From NCBI GenBank assembly GCA_964016885.1, contig OZ024742.1, positions 305,040,001 to 305,104,000 on the forward strand: a DNA stretch of 64,000 bases, in the 5' to 3' direction. The position numbers were made by a program, and so were the translations under genes. Positions within the stretch are counted from its first letter, which is position 1. Every line of letters starts with the position of its first letter. This stretch comes from Eledone cirrhosa (taxonomy: Eukaryota). Of the stretch, positions 14,958-28,885 are shown piece by piece. The notes under the pieces are model-generated. The model searched no databases. It was given only the letters and a program-made list of their open reading frames with translations, and had not been told where the DNA came from.

Positions 14958-15144
14958 GGGGGATTGGCAGTATCGATAGAGGGTTGGACGCCATGCTTTG
15001 ACGCATAAAATTACGGCCCTTGCCATTCTGAGTTCAAATCCCGCCGAGGTTAACTTTGCCTTTCATCCTTACGGGGTCGATAGAATAAAGTACCAGTAAT
15101 GCACTGGGTATTTGCTGGCCTTGTGCCAAAAAGAAGAAACAATT
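14958..15144 (+). mobile_element. SINE between two minisatellites
   Basis: ggattggcagtatcg...gagttcaaatccc...gcctttcatccttacggggtcgata...gaaacaatta. Confidence 0.85.
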
Positions 15145-18100
15145 ACCACAATAACAAAAGTAGCAGTACTATCACTAGTTCCACCACCACAACAACAACA
15201 ACAACAATCAAAGTAGCAGTACTATCACTAGTTCCACCACCACCACCACCACAACAACAACAACCAAAGTAGCAGTACTATCACTAGTTCCACCACCACC
15301 ACCACCACCACAACAACAACAACAATCAAAGTAGCAGTACTATCACTAGTTCCACCACCACCACCACCACCACAACAACAACAACCAAAGTAGCAGTACT
15401 ATCACTAGATCCACCTCCACCACCACCACAACAACAACAACAATCAAAGTAGCAGTATTATCACTAGTTCCACCACCACCACCACCACCACCAAAACAAC
15501 AACAACCAAAGTAGCAGTACTATCACTGGATCCACCACCACCACAACAACAACAACAACAACAACCAAAGTAGCAGTACTATCTCTAGTTCCACCACCAC
15601 CACCACAACAACAACAACAACCAAAGTAGCAGTACTATCACTAGTTCCACCACCACCACAACAACAACAACAACAACAACCAAAGTAGCAGTACTATCCC
15701 TAGTTCTACCACCACCACCACAACAACAACAACAACCAAAGTAGCAGTACTATCTCTAGTTCCACCACCACCACCACAACAACAACAACAACCAAAGTAG
15801 CAGTACTATGACTAGTTCCACCACCACCACCACAACAACAACAACAACCAAAGTAGCAGTATTATCACTAGTTCCACCATCACCACCACCACAACAACAA
15901 CAACCAAAGTAGCAGTACTATCCCTAGTTCTACCACCACCACCACAACAACAACAACAACCAAAGTAGCAGTACTATCACTAGTTCCACCACCACCACCA
16001 CCACAACAACAACAACAATCAAAGTAGCAGTACTATCACTAGTTCCACCACCACCACCACAACAACAACAACAATCAAAGTAGCAGTACTATCACTAGTT
16101 CCACCACCACCACCACAACAACAACAACAATCAAAGTAGCAGTACTATCACTAGTTCCACCACCACCACCACCACAACAACAACAACCAAAGTAGCAGTA
16201 CTATCTCTAGTTCCACCACCACCACAACAACAACAACAACAACAATCAAAGTAGCAGTACTATCACTAGTTCCACCACCACCACCACCACCACAACAACA
16301 ACCAAAGTAGCAGTACTATCTCTAGTTCCATCACCACCACCATTTACAACAACAACAACAACAATCAAAGTAGCAGTACTATCACTAGTTCCACCACCAC
16401 CACCACCACAACAACAACAACCAAAGTAGCAGTACTATCTCTAGTTCCATCACCACCACCACAACAACAACAACAACAATCAAAGTAGCAGTACTATCAC
16501 TAGTTCCACCACCACCACCACCACCACAACAACAACAACCAAAGTAGCAGTACTATCACTAGTTCCACCACCACCACCACCACAACAACAACAACCAAAG
16601 TAGCAGTACTATCTCTAGTTCCACCATCACCACCACCACAACAACAACAACAACAACCAAAGTAGCAGTACTATCACTAGTTCCACCACCACCACCACCA
16701 CCACAACAACAACCAAAGTAGCAGTACTATCACTAGTTCCACCACCACCACCACCACAACAACAACAACCAAAGTAGCAGTACTATCACTAGTTCCACCA
16801 CCACCACCACCACAACAACAACAACCAAAGTAGCAGTACTATCACTAGTTCCACCACCACCACCACCTCCACAACAACAACAACAACCAAAGTAGCAGTA
16901 CTATCACTAGTTCCACCACCACCACAACAACAACAACAACCAAAGTAGCAGTACTATCACTAGTTCCACCACCACCACCACCACCACAACAACAACCAAA
17001 GTAGCAGTACTATCACTAGTTCCACCACCACCACCACCACCACCACAACAACAACAACAACAATCAAAGTAGCAGTACTATCACTAGTTCCACCACCACC
17101 ACCACCACAACAACAACAACAATCAAAGTAGCAGTACTATCACTAGTTCCACCACCACCACAACAACAACAACAATCAAAGTAGCAGTATTATCACTAGT
17201 TCCACCACCACCACCACCACAACAACAACAACAACAAAAGTAGCAGTACTATCACTAGTTCCACCACCACCACCACCACCACAACAACAACAACAATCAA
17301 AGTAGTAGTACTATCACTAGATCCACCTCCACCACCACCACAACAACAACAACAATCAAAGTAGCAGTATTATCACTAGTTCCACCACCACCACCACCAC
17401 CACCACCACAACAACAATCAAAGTAGCAGTACTATCACTAGTTCCACCACCACCACCACCACCACCACCACCACAACAACAACCAAAGTAGCAGTACTAG
17501 CACTAGTTCCACCACCACAACAACAACAACAACCAAAGTAGTAGTACTATCACTAGTTCCACCACCACCACCACCACAACAACAACAACAACCAAAGTAG
17601 TAGTACTATCACTAGTTCCACCACCACCACCACCACAACAACAACAACAACCAAAGTAGCAGTACTATCACTAGTTCCACCACCACCACCACAACAACAA
17701 CAACCAAAGTAGCAGTACTATCACTAGTTCCACCACCACCACCACAACAACACAACAACAACCAAAGTAGCAGTACTATCCCTAGTTCTACCACCACCAC
17801 CACAACAACAACAACAACAACCAAAGTAGCAGTACTATCTCTAGTCCCACCATCACCACCACCACAACAACAACAACCAAAGTAGTAGTACTATCACTAG
17901 TTCCACCACCACCACCACCACAACAACAACCAAAGTAGTAGTACTATCACTAGTTCCACCACCACCACCACCACAACAACAACCAAAGTAGCAGTACTAT
18001 CTCTAGTTCCACCATCACCACCACAACAACACAACAACAACCAAAGTAGCAGTACTATCCCTAGTTCTACCACCACCACCACAACAACAACAACAACAAC

Positions 18101-18315
18101 CAAAGTAGCAGTACTATCCCTAGTTCTACCACCACCACCACAACAACAACAACAACAACCAAAGTAGCAGTACTATCTCTAGTTCCACCATCACCACCAC
18201 AACAACAACAACCAAAGTAGCAGTTCTATCCCTAGTTCCACCACAACCACCGCAACAACAACAACAACAACCGAAGTTGCAGTACTATCTGTAGTTCCAC
18301 CACCACCACCACCAC
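15145..18315. repeat. ~3.2-kb composite minisatellite: caaagtagcagtactatcactagtt core + (CCA)n(CAA)m
   Basis: Roughly 60 units of ~45-55 bp (estimated from length). Confidence 0.95.
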
Positions 18316-19615
18316 AATCACATTCACCATAAACATTAACAACAATAACTACAATATCAATAAAAACCATACCAATGAAAACAAAGCAGAAAATGAGGAG
18401 TGAATCTGTTAAGGACATCCTTGTCCGTCAGCTGTGTCTAACTAGTATTAGTTGATCTCTTCTATTGTGGAACCAGTGACGGTGAAAAGATGGCCTAATG
18501 CAACGCTTTAAACAGCCTAACCATGTTTGACACCCGATTAACGTGTTTGTTCTATAAACATATTGTCCATGTTTACATATTTTCTAGAGTTGTTTGTAAA
18601 TAATCATGCTTTTATATTGTTTTCCTATATCTGTCTTTTCAATTGGATGTTATCCATACATACATTGTAAACACTTTCGCACAAATACACTTCACACAAA
18701 CAGAGAGAGAGAGAGAAAGAGAGAGAGGGGGAGAGAGGAAGAGAGAGAGCGAAGGAGAGAGGGATAAAGAGGAGGGGATTGTATGTGTGAATGTGTAAAC
18801 ACATTCACACAAATACACTCTACACAAGCACACATGCATATACAGAGAGAGTGAGAAAGCTATATGTGTATGTTTATATGTATATGTTTATGGATATATA
18901 TATCTGTGTGTGTGTGTGTGTGTGTGTGTATACACAAATTATATATATCTTTGTTTCTGTTTGCCTGTCCTCTATCTATTTTTGTTTTGAATGTATCATC
19001 TTCTTGGTAAGAGATGCGTTATTGTTAGTTTGTTTCACAATGTTTTCTCTCTTCTTTCTTTATTAATGTTTGTAGTTTGTGTTGATATATGCTTAGCTTG
19101 TTTAATAACTGTCAATCGGGCCCAACGGCTCACTTATTCTCCATCTTTACAGCAACGTCACAGACACACATACACACACATAAACACACACACGTACACA
19201 CAATCATATACGCTTTGTTGACCCTCTCCCACTCCCTCTCACCTTCTCCCACCATCTATCATTTAAGCTTCTAGTGCGAAAAGAATGAGGATGTGGTTTC
19301 GTGTCACAGAATGTTGACTTTTCGCTGCAATGCACATTGTATTTAATAATTCTGTACTCACAATACTAGGCCTTTGCGTCAAAAGGGAAAGTGATTCCCT
19401 GATTTCATGTCTTTCTTAAGTGTATAACTCAAATATATGGCTAGAAGTGTATTAATCCAAGTATATGGCTGTTGTTACTCATTTTCAGCTGAGTTGACTT
19501 GGCAATGATAAGCTAAGTTTCAATAACAATAACGCTATAAGTTCAAACTCACATCATATTAGATATGAGAATCAAAAAGTTATATTACATACTATTAATG
19601 TATGAATCCAATAAT

Positions 19616-19880
19616 GGTGAGCGGTCTAGTGATTATGCTTCTAAGCCTACGATCAAAATATAGTTTATTCGATTTCCAGACCGGGTAGCGTGTTGGGTTC
19701 TTGAGCAAAACTCTTCACGTCACGTTGCTCCAGTCCATTCAGCTGAAAATAAGTATCAATAGAAACTGGGAATTGCCCATGTGAGGGACAGGCGTTCTGT
19801 CCAGAGGTCAGTTTTATTTTTACTCTCAAACGTTTCAATCTAATTCGAGAGAAATTCCAGCCTTTTGATCCTCCAGACTT
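19616..19880 (+). mobile_element. Degenerate SINE of a second family
   Basis: tRNA-like head, then ttcttgagcaaaactc...acgttgctccagtccattcagctg, resembling a cephalopod SINE body. Confidence 0.45.
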
Positions 19881-19926
19881 GGGACAATCTTTATCTTTTA
19901 ATGCTTTATTATTTCCGAAATTATTA

Positions 19927-20112
19927 GGCGGTGGATTGGCAGTATCGGTAGAGAGTCGGACGCCATGCTTCCCAGCATAGTTACGTCCCTTTACGGTCTG
20001 AGTTCAAATCCCACCGAGGTTCACTTTGCCTTTCATCCTTATGGGGTCGATACAAGAAAGTACCAGTAATGTACTGGGTAATTGTTGGCCTTGTGCCAAA
20101 AAAGTAGAAACA
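19927..20112 (+). mobile_element. Full-length SINE with 16-bp TSD
   Basis: TSD attatttccgaaatta at 19908-19923 and 20113-20128. Confidence 0.9.
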
Positions 20113-21049
20113 ATTATTTCCGAAATTACTTCATCTAATGGGCGAAAAGCGGGATTAAGCAAATTTTAGTGTCAAAAACATATTTACTACGTAGTTTGAA
20201 GGTTTTTAAAAATACACTTTTATTAAAGATTAAAGGGGTCAGCATTGGGAAAACCTATTATATTTAACAATAAATGGGAAAAAATAGAAATATTCTAATT
20301 CTTGTAATATCAGTTTCTAAAAGAAAAAACAAAACATCTTAAAAAACGGGGAATAGAAATGATGTGAGTACAATTGGGCTTTAATTAAATGCTCTGAAAA
20401 CATTATGAAAGGGAACAGTGGTTATTTTTCAAAATTAAACACTGATACAAATATTTACGTCTTATTTCATGTAAAGATGAAAGATATTTTCATTTTTTAT
20501 TTTATCATTATTGCAAGAAGTTATATAAATATGTATATTTATGCATTTTTGTGTGTACATCGATTTGTCTGCCTATCTGTGTTTCTAGACATTTATACAC
20601 ACACATAATCATTTATATATATACATATAGAATTTGGTAAATAGGTTTTAAAGGGATTGACGAACATAACAAACGCATAGCTTTAAAATAATTGGTAGAA
20701 AGTGATGTAGTAGCCGTCTAGATTGACTGATATGAAAGTGATTCGTTTTCATTTTTATCGAGTGCGTTGCGATTATATATATATTTTTTTTTGTTCTTGT
20801 CAATACGATCATAATAATTAAGTATAAAAGTTCTTCTTTAAAACCACGTTTTTCAACGAATATAAAGAATATATCAATAATATATGCAGTTATCAGTTAA
20901 ATAATCTTTTAGATGATATGCATATATGAGTCATGGTTATTGCCACTTTCACATGCAATGTAGGAAATTCTAAGTTGTTATGCGACTATCTTTTACGCTA
21001 ATACTGTGAGAATAACGAGAATATCTTTTCAACTTAGCCCCCGTCGTGA

Positions 21050-21511
21050 TTGTTAGGGAATATATAAAAAACAAAAGTATCATAGACTAGAATGATAGGA
21101 ATAAGGGATTTTGTCGTATCACAGGAGAAAGTCGCGAATGCAGACAAAATGGATGAATGTGCGTTGTCATGGTGAAAAAGTCAATGACAATTTTCATTAG
21201 CACTCATAGTGATTTCTTTCAACTTTATTATTTAATTGAACTAAATACTCTTTATAAAAAAACCTTTGATTACTCATTTGACCATTAAGTTCAGATTGCC
21301 CTAACATCAAAAATACGATCATCATTTTCTTCACACTTGATGCACAGTGTTATGTTTCTTTCAGATGCGATGATGTCTTTCACTAAAATAACTAGAACTT
21401 TGTTTCCGGGATACAACTAAACACCGTTTGTTCCCCACAATTAATGTTGTAGTGGCTGGAAATAGAACTAATTTCTTTTTTGTTTAATATATTATCATTA
21501 TTATTATTATT

Positions 21512-21548
<37 letters not shown>

Positions 21549-21870
21549 TTGTTGTTGATGTTGTTGTTATATAGTTATTGAAAGGGAGTGAATTGAAATT
21601 AATCTGGTATAGAAATGGGACACGAAACGATTTTTTTCAATCAGATTTTTCTTAAATGATCCAGAAAAGAGGTTCAATTAATTGGAAGTTTCTTGAATGG
21701 TCATTTTTTTGTATCAATTCGAAAATTTTCCTCAACATTTGCAACCATTCTCTGGTTCATGTTTCACCGATTTTCCATCACCCTCGAAACGTTTCATCCA
21801 CTTATAAAACATATTGTTTATGATTCATCACCTAAGGCATTTCTTAAAAGGTGGGATATTTCTTTTCACT
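21050..21870 (-). mobile_element. Decayed mariner-family transposase remnant
   Basis: Minus-strand fragments FYKWMKRFEGDGKSVKHEP (about 21750-21810, HTH region) and LFHHDNAH (about 21157-21180, the HDNA catalytic motif). Confidence 0.6.
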
Positions 21871-21979
21871 ATTAACATTTCCCACAAACTTCAGTGGACA
21901 CTGTACATCACAAGTGTCCTTAATCTGTATTGATTTTTAAACTATACTAAAGAAATTACACACACACACATACATATAC

Positions 21980-22011
<32 letters not shown>

Positions 22012-22049
22012 TCACACACACATTCACACACACACGCACATATATATAC

Positions 22050-22158
<109 letters not shown>

Positions 22159-22199
22159 TGTTTGTGTTGTGTGTGTGTGTAGGATATCTGTGGATGAAA

Positions 22200-22790
22200 G
22201 ATCAAGGAAAACAATTTCCAATCTATTGCAAGAGATCTTATTTAGTATGTGTGACTATTGTTTTGGGGCCCACTAATGGCCTCCACTATATGTTGGAATA
22301 TATGAACTGCGTTTGGGCTAAATATAAGCATAAAAAGACAAAGGACATATACACTCCACCAGCTGGGAATTGTATGTGGAGTCAGACATTTTCGTGAGAG
22401 GGTAAAGAATTGAAGTGGTGGACAACTTCGTGTATAGTACAATTAATAGAGATTGTTTCATTCCTTGAAAGGGCTGCACAGTTGCAAAATACTCCACCCA
22501 ACCCAGCTCCTATTCCGAAAACTCGAAAAGACGTTAGATAAACCTTCAGTCGATACGTGTAGATTAACAACTGTTTAACTCCAACTCGTTAGGTCTGTAT
22601 ACGTCACTGCTTCCCAATCGACGCAAGACTTTGAAGAGATATCTGCACAAGGAGATCAAAGTAGCATCTGTTTGTGCTAAACACTTGGTGCTCTCTAAGT
22701 ATCAAGAACCATAATCCAATGACAAGCAGATGCAAGATGATTGGTAGCTGCATCAACAGCAAGTTTTTTCCCGAATGTCCTTCACGCAGT
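22200..22790 (+). mobile_element. Decayed RTE-like LINE RT fragment
   Basis: IEVVDNFVY-STINRDC (about 22409-22456) resembles the post-RT E.V..F.YLGS motif. Confidence 0.45.
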
Positions 22791-23087
22791 AAAATAAAAT
22801 ATTGGTCGCTGTAAAGAGCGCAGGTTTTTGCAAAGGAATAAATAAATAAACAAAACTGAAAAAACAAAACAAAATCAAACAGACAACTATTTAAATGTTT
22901 TAAAGTTTTTTACTTTTATATATACATACAAACACGTGCGCGGAAACAATCTCCCACACGCCCACAATACATATTTACACACTCATACAATGTATGCATA
23001 TGTAAACATTATTTGATGGCTGTTGACTATCATGAGTTCCTCCGCATTTTGTCACGTGTTGTTTTTCATCAAGAAGGGTATCCAAAC

Positions 23088-23353
23088 TCATCCTTACGGG
23101 GTCTATGAAATAGAGCACCGGTAATGCACTGGGGTCGATTTAACTGACTTTCCCCTCCCCTAAAATGATTGGCCTTGTGTCTAAATCGGTACACATTATT
23201 ATACAGGAAATCAATTGGTAATAATGGTTTCTTATATAAGCACAAGGCCAGCGATTTTTTTTTGGGGGGGGGAGTCGATTAAATCGACCCCAATGCGTGA
23301 CTGGTACTTTATTTTATCGACCCCGTAAGGATGAAAGGCAAAGTTAACCTCGG
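23088..23353. mobile_element. Two 5'-truncated SINEs in tail-to-tail inverted orientation
   Basis: + copy about 23088-23200, - copy about 23221-23353. Confidence 0.8.
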
Positions 23354-23604
23354 AATAATGTCTAAATAATTATTTCTTTAATTTAGATTTAGGACCTAAT
23401 CACAAGGCAAACAGGGGAGCGTAGGGCCCAGATAGTTATAAATATATGCCATAAGATACTAATTATATTTCATAATGTATCTCTTGTTTAAAGCAGTTGT
23501 AAGATTGTTATTGGCAAACAGATGAAATAGATAATCGTGGCGTAAATTGACATATATATACTTATAATGAGCAATCGTTCAGTATAGATTAGTGCAGACA
23601 CACA

Positions 23605-23711
<107 letters not shown>

Positions 23712-24619
23712 TTGCATTTATATAGTTACATGTGTAAATACTGAAAATCTCAAAGAACTTTTAATATTGTTAATGTAATATGGCATATAAAACCGCGCTT
23801 CATGAACGAGGTTTCGGAAACCTCTCGCATACATTGCAGTTAGAAGATAAGGCTTGAGATCAATAAATGAAAAGGAGATCAGACAAAGAGACGGGAATTA
23901 GAGAAAGACAGAGAAATAGTGATGAGGAATAAGAGAGACATACATAAAATTGAGAAGGAATGGAGATGATATATAGAGAAAAAATTAAAATAATAAGAAA
24001 GAATGAATATAGAGTGAATTAGAATTAAAAAGAAATGAAAAAAAATGAAAGTGGAGGGAAGACAGAGAAAACGAGAGGCATGTTGTGGAGCAGGAGAATA
24101 AGAGAAAAATGGGACGCGAAAGCGAGGGAGAGAGAAAGAGAGAGGGGGTGGGGGTGGGGGGGAAGCTCACGAATTTCCTCTCATTCATCTCCTTTGTCAC
24201 TGTTTACTTTGATGTATGTATATATGTATGCGTGTGAATATGTTTCTGCTTCCATATACTTATCAAGTATATATATATATATTTATTTATATATATATAT
24301 ATATGCGTCCCAACGGAAATCATTATAAATAATAGTCGATCAATATAAGTAATAATTAAGAAAATCGGGGACGGAAAGACCTGGCCAGAGGCTCCTCTGT
24401 ACATTTTAGTTGGTAGGTTTGTTGAACCACTTTAATACTCAGTGTTGCTATTATTGTCTTGACTGTGGGAATCGCTTTTTTGTTTACTCTTTTCCTTTAA
24501 AATCCCGAAGCTTCAATTCTATTCGTTTTCTTTGCGTTGTATTCTCTTACATCTAGATTAACCCCATTGTTTTCATATCTCTAATCCTTTATTTTATTCT
24601 GGGCGAAGCAGAATTTCCC

Positions 24620-25265
24620 ATTTCCGCCACCACCACATCCACCAACTAAACCATCATCACTCTCACCATCACCACAACCTTTATATCTGTCGCCGATGCC
24701 AAATTCATCATCATTTCCACACCGCTACCACAAAGACTTTCATCAAAACGACCACCGCCTTTATCCACTACCTCAACCACCACAACCCTTATCCTCACCA
24801 CCACTACTACTTTCATCTCCACAAACAACATCAAGAATCACAACAAAATTCCCTCCACCAGACCGACCACTTGCATCACCACTATCACAAGCGCTGCTAC
24901 AACCTCCATCACCAACACAAGCGACCTTGTAACCCACATCGCCACTAACAATAGCGCCATCAGAACCACTACAAGCGCTGTTGCAACCCCCATCGCCCCC
25001 ACCACCACCACCAAAATTATCGCTACAACCCATATCACCACCTTCACCACCATTACAAGAGCTGCTGCAAACGCCATCATCACCAACGCAGACCACGCTG
25101 CAGCCCATATCACCAACAATAAAACCACCATTACCATCACTACAAGCGCTACTGCAGTCCCCAACACCACCATCACCACCACTACAAGCACTGCAGCAAC
25201 CACCTCCTCCTATCACCACAACCACAACTACGATCCTCCACCATCACCACCACCACCAACACTAA
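24620..25265. repeat. Decayed CCA-rich minisatellite (accactacaagcgctg-like units)
   Basis: Recurrent ctacaagcgct / catcaccaac motifs; low-complexity Pro/Thr/Gln ORFs. Confidence 0.6.
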
Positions 25266-25583
25266 CATTACCTCTAGTACTGTCTTCCCGCTCTAGTTTT
25301 CTATGCTTGTTACAATTATCTGTACAACTTTCCGGAATCAATCTTTCAAAGCCACGGATTATCTTCAGAACACCAGACGATATCACTTTCCCGCAGGGAA
25401 CAACGTCTAGCCGACCCATACTAAGTCCCTATTTCTGGTTGTTTTCTTGCTAAGTTTCCTATCATTTAGATAATGTATATTTTATTTTGTTTACATTACC
25501 GAACGTGTAGAGTTTATACATGGGTCTTAGACAAGATTCTGTAAGAGATATAATGAGAAACACACAATATGCTATACAGCTAG

Positions 25584-25616
<33 letters not shown>

Positions 25617-25667
25617 GGAACACACACACACGCATAGACACACACACCACATGCACAAACACCAATA

Positions 25668-25702
<35 letters not shown>

Positions 25703-25704
<2 letters not shown>

Positions 25705-25819
25705 GGCTTGAGCTCAGCTGTCGGGGTCTTACTGGTTCCTATTACCCACTCTACTACCTCAAGTATTGAGTACTTTGGTGCGTTATGGTCCACCTGGTTC
25801 CTTACCACATTTCCTTCGT

Positions 25820-25821
<2 letters not shown>
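25703..25821 (+). mobile_element. Truncated member of the 27497 family
   Basis: acggcttgagctc...ggttccttaccacatttccttcgtta between (TA)n tracts. Confidence 0.55.
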
Positions 25822-25853
<32 letters not shown>

Positions 25854-25948
25854 TGTATATATATATTTATCCAGGGGATTCCTACCAGAATGGTTGCATT
25901 TTTTAAGGGTATGTCAATATTTATTTATAAAACTAACCCATATTATAT

Positions 25949-26010
25949 TTTTATCTGATGAAAGCGCATCATAGTTTGCTCTGATGGCCCTTGAAATATG
26001 TATAATGAAA
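25949..26010 (+). ncRNA. Type I hammerhead ribozyme, related family, slightly decayed
   Basis: ttttat-CUGAUGA(25955)-aagcgcatca...tgatggccctt-GAAA(25993)-tatgta-UA-atgaaa. Confidence 0.6.
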
Positions 26011-26054
26011 TATATATGGTTTTATAAATATAGTTTCTATTTGTTAATATATTG

Positions 26055-26552
<498 letters not shown>

Positions 26553-26848
26553 GAATCTACATACATATTAATGTTGTATAGTTAAAAAAGATAACGATTA
26601 TATATCAATTATATACACCCATTTATGAAACATGTCATTACACAAACATACAATCTGATATATATGCCTACGGTGACATACTTGCTGAATATCTTCATGT
26701 CGAAGACATAATTATGTTGACACATCCTTCTGCATACGCACATATACAATAATATAATAAACATTCATATATACTTCTGTACACACACGTACACTCAAGA
26801 ACACACACCTACACATACACACATACACACATACATACACACACACAC

Positions 26849-26904
<56 letters not shown>

Positions 26905-27174
26905 TTTCGTATCTACATACGTACAGGAACAAGAATGAGTTTCTTCATCGTCGTTATTTAAATTCCAACTCAGCAATTTTGTTTCTATCTTAGAAACCAG
27001 TGTCTTTAAGGTAACGATTGAAATAACTGAAAAAATACCGTGCATGCATATAAACATTGCATTCATACACGCATACATAGTGAACGTAATTAGTTTCAGA
27101 TTAAATACACACATACATATATATATATGAGTTTGTGTATGTGTGTGTGTATGTGTGTGTGTGTGTGTGTGTCT

Positions 27175-27238
<64 letters not shown>

Positions 27239-27446
27239 TAAACATAGAATCACCCATATAGCATGTGTATAATACAGTAGATGATTCGTAGTTGTAAATA
27301 TGAGGTACGTATACGGCATAGAGCTAGCACTCGTTCAGACAGAAAAACACACAATCACGATACATAATTATTTAAGTACATGATGACACAAATATGGAAC
27401 AAGTTACTCTCAGTTCTCTACTTACGCATATATATATATATTTGTA

Positions 27447-27496
<50 letters not shown>

Positions 27497-27500
<4 letters not shown>

Positions 27501-27708
27501 AAAAAGTATGACCCCGACGGCAGAGCTCAAGCCGTTTCGACGGCTATTTCTGGACAGCTATTTCTGAAGTCCAGAAATAGCCGTCGAAACGGCTTGAGCT
27601 CTGCCGTCGGGTTCGTACTTTTTCCTATTTCCCACTCTACTACCCTAAGTATTGAGTACTCTGGTGCGTTATGGTCCATCTGGTTCCTTACCACAATTCC
27701 TTTGTTAT
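27497..27708 (+). mobile_element. Fold-back Penelope-like element (family shared with 5171-5290 and 25703-25821)
   Basis: 59-bp inverted arms 27497-27555 / 27569-27627; retains stem II-GAAAC-ggc...gcc-GUC; shared tail ...cccactctactaccctaagtattgagta...ggttccttaccac; (TA)n flanks. Confidence 0.55.
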
Positions 27709-27723
27709 ATATGTGTATATATG

Positions 27724-27805
<82 letters not shown>

Positions 27806-27885
27806 TGTATCCCGGGTTCAATGGGAGGTGACTACAGTAAGTAAGGTACTTAATACATAGTAGAGTATCTACAATGTTTAATATA

Positions 27886-27956
27886 GAAATGGCTTCTACA
27901 TGACTGAAACTGTTTCATTCGAATGAAACAGTCCTAGTCTTGTAGAAGCCATTTCC
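27886..27956. repeat. Short fold-back palindrome
   Basis: gaaatggcttctaca...actgtttcattc|gaatgaaacagt...tgtagaagccatttc. Confidence 0.7.
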
Positions 27957-28318
27957 ATACACACAGAAGTAATACACTCTCATATAATGCTATTTTCCTT
28001 GATGTCGGTCATATGACATACACATTAACATATATATTTTCATATATTTGTTAGAGTCTTATTCAGCTGCTATGTAGGTAGACAATCTCCAATGGTTGTT
28101 GTCGTTCATATCGTTCAAAATATATATTTCAAAATCTTGATTCCTTTTATCGATATCTATTCTCTGAAACAGTAAGTTACCATGCATAAAAGTACATAAC
28201 ATAAACAACATAACTTGTTTTCTTTTTCACTGCTGCAAACACAAACACATGAAGTACTTTTCAAGGAGACACTAATCTAAAGAAAAGAATTGGCACTTCC
28301 GTTAGAGTATATATATAA

Positions 28319-28359
<41 letters not shown>

Positions 28360-28363
<4 letters not shown>

Positions 28364-28807
28364 AAGGAAAAGCGAAGTAGTTTCAGATGTTCAAGTCTTT
28401 TAATAATAATGCTGTGATATATATTTCAATGGCGACAGTGGTCACACTGTTCCGTGCGCCAGTGTCGCGACATCGTCAGACAGCTTTTTACATAATAAGG
28501 TTATGTTTCCGAGGCAATTCAAATTGAATCGACATGGGAAAGGACGAAATGTGTGCTCTTGGGTTCTTCGTCCATTCCCCAGGGGAATGGACGAAGAACC
28601 CAAGAGCACACACTTCGATGTCGCGACACTGGCACACGGAACAGTGTGACCACTGTCGCCATTGAAATATATATCACACCATTATTATTAAAAGACTTGA
28701 ACATCTGAAACTACTTCGCTTTTCCTTATTCGATATTTACTCCGTCACTCCTATGTGGAATAAGTATGTTGAGTTCTTGAATTGAATTGCATCAATATTT
28801 ACCCTAA

Positions 28808-28810
<3 letters not shown>
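28360..28810. mobile_element. Fold-back element with 116-bp inverted arms and a nested 31-bp perfect hairpin
   Basis: Arms 28360-28475 / 28616-28731 (2 mismatches); inner hairpin 28550-28612; ~80-nt extension; (TA)n flanks. Confidence 0.6.
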
Positions 28811-28884
<74 letters not shown>

Positions 28885-28885
28885 A

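Noticed and set aside
15145-18315. CRISPR-like array (constant repeat with variable spacers)
   Set aside because: Spacers are only (CCA)n(CAA)m slippage variants rather than unique sequences; no cas genes; eukaryotic context.
19927-20010. tRNA gene (A/B boxes)
   Set aside because: It is the tRNA-derived head of a SINE with a body and TSD; no cloverleaf. The same applies to the other copies.
24696-25265. Pro/Gln-rich (+) and Gly/Cys-rich (-) ORFs
   Set aside because: Decayed CCA-rich tandem repeat open in several frames on both strands; no convincing exon boundaries.
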